Assembly: GCF_009914755.1 (NCBI RefSeq)
Contig: NC_060937.1
DNA length: 64,000 bases
From: the human T2T-CHM13v2.0 reference genome, Homo sapiens
Direction: 5' to 3' (one strand)
Shown here: positions 57,012 to 64,000 of the stretch, one piece after another
Position numbering within the stretch: the first letter of the stretch is position 1
How the letters are laid out: the number at the start of each line of letters is the position of its first letter
Position numbers and translations under genes: made by a program
Notes under the pieces: generated by a model
What the model was told of the DNA's origin: nothing
The model's input: only the letters and a program-made list of their open reading frames with translations
Databases searched by the model: none

Positions 57012-57949
57012 TGCCATCCATGGGCTGAGGGAGGTATGCAAGTCTGAAGAGAAGCACTCAGTGATGTAGGGTACCAGGTCAGCGCCCAAGTAGCGCTGAC
57101 AGAGGCAGGCACAAAACAAGATGCCTTTCCTTCCTCCATCTTCCACAGATGGAATCTCTTTGCTCTAACAGGGTTGTTGTGGGTCTGCCACATTATCCAG
57201 CTTTTACATTTACTTTTATTTGTGAGACTGAGTTGGTAGTGTCATTTTCCCACTCAGAATAAGAAAATTTGAAATTCCCACTCACAACCAAAACTTTTTG
57301 GCCGGGTATAGAGCAAGAAATCTGTACATCCATCAGCAACTCCATCCAGTCAGTCAGTGCATCAAATCAGGAGAGTAGTTGAAAAAGCCCCAATGAGATG
57401 ATGAATTAATGCACTTTGCTGCTTCTTCCCCTGAACCAAATTCTGAGATACTCCGGGAGCAAAAAGAAATGTGGTGAACCCCAAAACCCAGTGTTACTGC
57501 TGTGAGACTCACCCGAGAACACAGAAGGTGGCTAGGTTGCTATGCAGACAAGGCATCCTAGGCTGGAGGAGGGCAAGGCCATCGATGAGCATAGAGCCAT
57601 GGAGAGCTGTCAGTCTCTGCCCTTTTCTTTCCCCAACATGAACCTGGGAAGATAAGTATCTGCCCATCGTCTAAATGCAGCAATGCCAGCCCAGCCCAGT
57701 GCCTGCTGGAAATGAAGGGACACATTGGAGCAGCCCAAAACAGACTTAAGAAGGTCTCTGAGGAGCAAAGTCACCCTGTTACGGAAAAGGTACAAACAGA
57801 GAAAGGATCCCTAATACAGTTCCAAGGCAATATGATTCAGGAGGAAAAATGAGTCATTAAATAAGAACAACAGCTCATTTAACAATGTATGCCAGAGGGA
57901 GCAGATATCATGGACACAGAAAAAGAACCTAAAAGAAAAGAAGCCCCTA

Positions 57950-58045
57950 TAGGCCTTTGGAGGCTGAGGCAGGAGGATTGCTTGAGGCTAGGAGTTTGAG
58001 ACCAGCCTGGGCAACATAGGGAGACTCCATCTCTATAAAAAATAA
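57950..58045 (+). mobile_element. Alu monomer/FLAM-like fragment
   Basis: ctttggaggctgaggcaggaggattgcttgaggctaggagtttgagaccagcctgggcaacata. Confidence 0.8.
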
Positions 58046-58049
58046 AGAA

Positions 58050-58635
58050 TATAACAGGAATTGTACAAATGTAAATGAGTTGAACTCACCAATCAGATTA
58101 GATTTTTTTTAGATTTTTTTTATTTATATGGCATTATGCATTTGCAGGGCACCCTTTTAATAATCATTAAAAATGTAATAAAGTTAATCAGAAAAATCTG
58201 AACCAAAAATAAGCCAACATAATTAATTGTCACACAAAGTTTTGTAAAAAAACATAATAATAACCAGAGGAATATTAAAAATTGGTAAAACACTCAAGAA
58301 GAATATGAAGATAAAATGAATGTATATGTACTTAACAATGTGGTCTCAAAACATAAACCAAGTCTGAAGAAAATGCAATAAAACAACTGTGGTTAGATTT
58401 TAATAAGCCCCTTTCAGGAACTGATGGAGCAAAGAGACAAATAAAAGTAGAGAAATATAAATAGTTGTTAAGCTCAAGTGTTAGGTATATACAGTTCTGC
58501 ATGAAAGAAAGAAAACATTCTTTTAAAACAATCATGAAATATTCACCAAAATCTGCCATGTACAATCTCACAAAGGAACCTCAATAAATTTCCTAAAGTC
58601 ATACACACTATGTTCTTTGAATATCATGAATAATT
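58050..58635 (+). mobile_element. Very old L1M endonuclease-region fragment
   Basis: Degenerate similarity to the ORF2 5' region (aatgagttgaactcaccaat...aatattcaccaaaat...cctcaataaattt). Confidence 0.5.
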
Positions 58636-58662
58636 TATGCCAGAAAATTAGATAACCTAGCA

Positions 58663-59169
58663 CAGTGGCCCCCAACCTTTTTGGCACCATGGAAGACAAT
58701 TTTTCCATGAACCAGGGTTGGGGGGTGGTTTCAGGATGATTCAAGGGCATTACATTTATTGTGTACTTCATTTCTATTATGACTACACTGTAATATATAA
58801 TGAAAGAGTTATACAATTCACCATAATGTAGAACAAGTGGGAGCCCTGAGCTTGTTTTCCTGCAACTAGATGGTCTCATCTGGGGATGATGGGAGACAGT
58901 GACAGATCATCAGGCATTAGATTCTCATAAGGAGTGCCCAACCTAGATCCCTGGCATGCGCAGTTCACAATAGGGTTCACACTCCTAATCTAATGCTGCC
59001 ACTGATCTGACAGGAGGCGGAGCTCAGGCAGTAAGGCAAGAGATGGGAGCAGCTGTAAATACCGATGAAACTTTACCCGCTCTCCCACCACTCACTTCCT
59101 GCTGTGTGGCCCAATTCCTAACAGGCGATAGTCCAGTATTGGTCCATGGCCCAGGGGTTGGGACCCCTG
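58663..59169. mobile_element. MER1A hAT-Charlie element
   Basis: Terminal repeats cagtggcccccaacc / ggttggggacccctg; 8-bp TSD ACCTAGCA (58655-58662) / ACCTAGAA (59170-59177). Confidence 0.92.
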
Positions 59170-59529
59170 ACCTAGAAGAAATGGGCAAATTATTTGAAAC
59201 ACACATATTACCTAAACTAACTCAAGAGCATAGAAAATCTCAGCAGACCCATAACAAGAAATTGAATCAATAATCAAAAAATTTTCCAACAACAAAAAAA
59301 ATGTTCCACACCAGAAGGCTTACTGGTGAATTCTACTGAACATTTTTAAAAGAATTAACAGCAGTCTTTTTCGAACTATTCCAAAAGCTTGAAGAGGAAG
59401 AACACTCCCTAAGTCATTGTATATAAGGCCAGCATTACTCTAATACCAAAGTCAAAGACACTACAAGAAAAGAAAACTACAGACCAATAATCCTTTATGA
59501 ATACAAATACAAAAGTCCTCAACGAATTA

Positions 59530-59745
59530 AAGAGAGTCTTCACTTAAGGTCATGGGTAAGTTATTGGAAACTGTGACTTTTAAGCAAAATGACATACAGC
59601 AAGTCCTTCAATAATGCTTCCTGTTCAACTTCATTGTATGTTAATTTTAATGAAAAAAAAAAAAAACACCTGTTTTTGTTTTAGGTCATTTTGCTTAAAG
59701 TCACAGTTTCCAAGGATGTGTTGATGATGTTGAGAAGTTACTGTA
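59530..59745. mobile_element. MER6B-like Tc1/mariner-Tigger MITE
   Basis: Inverted arms ttggaaactgtgacttttaagcaaaatgac / gtcattttgcttaaagtcacagtttccaa; ends tactg|ta. Confidence 0.7.
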
Positions 59746-61606
59746 CTAGCAAGCTGAGTTCAGCAGCGTGTTCAAAGAATTATACACAATGACTAAATGG
59801 GATTTATCCCAGGAATGGAAGGGTGGTCCAATATATAAAAAACTAACCAATAATAATTAATTATCAAAATCCCAATGGCATTTTTTGCAAAAATAGAAAA
59901 ACTCATCCTAAAATTCATATGGAATTTCAAGGGACCCCAATTAGCTAAAAGTATGTTGAAAAAGAAGAACAAAGTTGAAGAACTCATACTTCTCAATATA
60001 AAAACTTGATTGACATAGCTACAGTAATCCAAACAATTTGGTACTAGCATAAGGATAGACATGTAGACCAATGGAGTAGAAATGAGATCCTAGAAATAAA
60101 CTCCCACATCTATGGTCAACTTATTTTTGATCATCCAATGGGGAAAGAACAGATTCTTCAAAAAATGCTACTGCAAAAACTGGATATCCACATGCAAAAG
60201 AATAAAGCTGGATCCTTCCCTTACACCATATACAAACATTAACTGAAAATGGACCAAACACCTAAACATAAGAGCTAAAACTATAAAACTCTTAGAAAAA
60301 AAAACATAGGGACAAATTTTCATGGCCTTGGATTTGGCAGTGATTTCTTAAATATAGCACTAAAAGCACAGGTAACAAAAGAAAAAAAATGACAAACTGG
60401 ATTTGATGAAAATTTAAAACTTCTATTCATCAAAGGACACTATCAACAGAATGAAAAGACAACCCACAGATGGGAGAAAATATTTACAAATCACATATTT
60501 AAAAGGTCTAATATCTAGAATATATAAAGAACTCCTATAACTCAACAACTAATAGACAACCCATTATAAAAAAAAAAAAAAAAGACTTGAGTAGACATCT
60601 CTCCAAAGAAGATATACAAATAGCCAGTAAGCACGTGAAAAGATCCTTAACACCATCAGTCATTAAGGAAATGCAAATCATAACCACAATGAGATACCAC
60701 TTAATACCTACTAGGATGGCTATAATTGAAAACACACACAAACACACACACACACACACACACAGAAAGAGAGAGAAAATAACATGTGGACAATAATGTG
60801 AAGAAATTGGAACCCTCCTACATTGCTGGTGGGAATGTAAAACTGTGTAGACATTGCAAAAAACAGTTGGCAATTCCTAAAAAAAAAAAAAATGTAGAAT
60901 TATCATGCGGCCCAGCAATTCACCTCTTAAATATATAACCCAAAAAACTGAAAATAGGAATTCAAACAAATATATGAACACCAGTGTTCAAGGCAACATT
61001 ATTCACGGTAGCCCAAAGGTGGAAACAACCAAGGTATCCATCAGCAGATGAATAGATAAACAAAACGTGATATACACATACAATGGAGTATTATTTAATC
61101 ATAAAAAGATATGAAGTTCTGATACATGCTACAACATGGATGAACCTTGTAAACATTACTCCAAGTGAAATAGGCCAGACAGAAAAGAACAAATATTGTA
61201 TGATCCCACTTACATGAAATATCTACAATAAGCCAATACATAGAGACAGAAAGTATATTAGAGGTTACCTGGGGCCAAGGGAAAGCAAGAACAGAGGGTA
61301 ATTGCTCAACAGGGGCAGAATTTCTGGTTGGGTGATGAAAAAGTTTTGATGATGGTTGCACAACATTTTGAATGTAAGTAATGCCACCGAATTGTACACA
61401 TAAATGGTTAAGACGACAAATTTTGTTTTGTCTATTTTAGCACACACACACAAACACACCTTTAAATAACCAGGCAAATGAGAAGAAAATACTTATTAGG
61501 AAGCCAAGAAGTGGGAAAAAAGAAATAACTAGAAGAAATTCAGACAATGGAGTTGTCCGTCATTGAATTTAAAATAACTATGCTTAATATGTTTGCAGAA
61601 ATTTTC

Positions 61607-61730
61607 TTGGCTCACTGCAACCTCCGCCTCCTGGGTTCAAGCAACTCTCATGCCTCAGCCTCCTGAGTAAATGGGACTACAGGTGCCCGCCACCGTACCC
61701 GGCTAATTTTTGTATTTTTAGTAGAGATGA
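61607..61730 (-). mobile_element. Internal Alu fragment
   Basis: cttggctcactgcaacctccgcctcc...tttttagtagagatg; both ends missing. Confidence 0.85.
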
Positions 61731-61739
61731 ACTGAAATA

Positions 61740-62420
61740 TACCTGTAATGACATTAAATGCAAACCAATTAAACACTCCATTTGAAAGACTGAGAAATCA
61801 AGCCAAACTCAACTATATACTGCTGACAAAAGACCCACCTTAAATATAAAGAAATAGAAATGTTGAAGGTAAAAGGATGACAAAGATATATCATACAAAT
61901 CCTAACCCAAAGAAAGCTGATGTAGCTATACTAATATTAGATAGTGTAGACTTTAAGGCAAGAAGCACTTCTAGAAATAGAGACACTTCATAAGTGTAAA
62001 AGCTTCTACCAAGAAGATACAGCAATTTTAAATTTCTAAGCACTTAACATCATAGACTCAAAACATATAAAACAAAAAGACAAAACTAAAAAAAGTAAAA
62101 ATGCATAATCTTTGTGGGGGATTTTAATACATTAATATATTTAATATATTTCTCAAAGCAGACATAAAGTCAATAAAGATATAAAATATATGAACCACAC
62201 AATTAAATAACTTAACCTAACTGAGATACACTAGTTACTACACCCCAAAATTAAATAATACGCAGTCTTTTGAAATTTGCTTGAAAAACTTACCAAAATA
62301 GATCCTAGTCCATGCCCTGGGAATATTTCAAAAGGCTGAAATCTTACAGTGTCTATTCTTTAATCAATGACAGAAAGGAATTAGAAAATCTGTGAATGCT
62401 TGGAAATTAAGCACCAAAAA
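61740..62420 (+). mobile_element. Old L1M endonuclease-region fragment
   Basis: acattaaatgcaaac...tgaaggtaaaaggatgacaaagatatatcat...gtagactttaaggcaaga...ggggattttaatac (decayed KVKGW and GDFN regions). Confidence 0.7.
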
Positions 62421-63060
62421 TGCTTGGAAATTAAGCACTACACATACACAGTCCAAACACTGTACAGCCTCCAAAAATATACATATCTAAGGACTCATAC
62501 AATGAATTAGAGTGGGTGTCAGCGGACAGAGAATAGTAAATAAGGAAATAAAAAATAAATAAAATGTAACCAACAGACAGGCCATGCACAGCATGATAAT
62601 TTTGGTGACTCATGACCCAAAAAGTATGTTGAATTCAACCCTGTACACCTGAGGTCAAAAATTAAATAAATAAATAATTTTATAAAGAATTAACTTCTAG
62701 AAATCAGAAAATCTAAATCCTAGCATATTCCAAATATACTGTCAAGTCAATGTCTTTGGGCTTCATGTTTGGCATCTACAGAGGATGAATACTAATATTA
62801 ATGAATAGTCTTTGTATCTCACCCATCAATTCAACAAGCAGCCATTGAATATGTTATGTGGCAGACACTGCACCAGTTGGTGGGGACACAGTTCCAGCTC
62901 TCAAGCCTCTTATTCCTCAAGGACACCGATGTCATACAAAGCAAAAGAAGGAAATTTTGTAATAACAACCACAAAGCAAAATTGCACAGAAGCCACGGGT
63001 TACACAACAAAGTTCCAGGTATTTGATAACTGATTTTGACCTGGCTGAGGAGGACCTACC

Positions 63061-63387
63061 TTTTTTTTTTTGAGACAGCGTCTCACCCTGTCACCCAGGT
63101 TGGAATGCAGTGGTGCAGTCATGACTCACTACAGCCTCCACCTCCCTGGGCTAAGTTGATCCTCCCACCTCAGCCTCCCAAGTAGCTGGGACTACAGGCA
63201 CACACCACCGTGCCCGGCTAACTACAGGCACACAACACCATGCCAGACTAATTCTGTATTTTGTAACTTTTGTATTTTTGTTTCACCATGTTGCCTAGGC
63301 TGCTCTCAAACCCCTGGCCTCAGAAGATTCACCGGTCTTGGCCTCCCAAAGTGCTGGGATTACAGGCATGAGCCACCATGACCAGCC
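63061..63387 (-). mobile_element. AluJ with internal 30-bp duplication
   Basis: TSD AGGACCTACCTT (63051-63062) / AGGACCTATCTT (63388-63399). Confidence 0.9.
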
Positions 63388-63509
63388 AGGACCTATCTTC
63401 TGATCCTGGGAATGCTATGCAACATGTGAGCTCCTTCAGGGCAGGGGCAAAGGATTTTCGATTCTGCAATTCCAATGTTTAGCCAAACAAGAGCGTATTA
63501 CGTTTTTGT

Positions 63510-63536
63510 TGAATGAATGAATGAATGAATGAATGA
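63510..63536. repeat. (GAAT)n microsatellite at an L2 3' tail
   Basis: tgttgaatgaatgaatgaatgaatgaatga, preceded by L2-like gtgagctccttcagggcagggg. Confidence 0.75.
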
Positions 63537-64000
63537 AGAATGGATGTCAGTTTGAGCCAGTATTCCAAGTTCTATATTTCTACATCAAGATCCAGGTATA
63601 GAAAGAACTGGGGCCTGTGACTGGAGGCAGACTTTACTGCATCCACAAGCAGGTAAACATCATTTGGTGCTGAACTCGAGACAATGTCCAACCCCACACG
63701 CAGTCATAATTCCAGGACTTACATCAGAGCATTGGAGAATTTCATTATCTGTCGGCCAACTGTGAATCAAATGCACACAATGCTGAGAAAGAACCACCCA
63801 TCGTAAAGCCTTAAAAAATAACCTGCTTTCCAATGCATATGCGGGAATAAATAAGCACCTACCAGAGTGCTTGCTGACAATATGAGCAGGAGGATACCCT
63901 CCCCATAAGGTTCTTGGAAGAATGACATGAAGTGTAAAAGGCCTGACAACTAGAGGTGCTCAATAAATATTTGCTACTAAATACACAGTGGGTATTCTGT

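Larger units (their letters stand above)
58636..61440 (+). mobile_element. L1MB-like 5'-truncated decayed LINE-1 with two DNA-transposon inserts
   Basis: Frame-broken ORF2 homology (KLDNLEEMGK across the MER1A site; KEMQIITTMRYHLIPTRMAII) and L1MB-type 3'UTR (ctgatacatgctacaacatggatgaacctt...). Confidence 0.85.

Noticed and set aside
56564-57193. Long F/L/S-rich and K/E/R-rich ORFs (up to 209 aa)
   Set aside because: They are translations of the GA microsatellite, which lacks stop codons.

Overview
This is primate, most likely human, non-coding genomic DNA dominated by interspersed repeats. I could not identify the locus and found no convincing host protein-coding exon, RNA gene or CRISPR array. 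The only real coding content is a full-length young LINE-1 (about 19388-25458, + strand, L1PA2-like). Both of its ORFs are uninterrupted (338 aa and 1275 aa), it has an antisense ORF0, and it is inserted into an old AluJ with a 10-bp target-site duplication (TSD). The rest is Alus (several nested), solo MaLR LTRs (THE1/MST), DNA-transposon relics (MER1A, MER5, MER6B, MER53, MER96-like), MIR/L2 and old L1M fragments, plus a few repeat-free, motif-rich stretches. I do not see a new multi-gene system. The items most worth follow-up are: the dual-ORF L1 with a mutated YY1 site; a near-perfect ~48-bp hairpin at 50298-50401; a truncated L1 whose TSD encloses a short unique tag and a ~300-bp purine tract; and two ISRE-like motifs near a GC-rich segment. 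Subfamily names and consensus comparisons come from memory and need RepeatMasker/Dfam confirmation.
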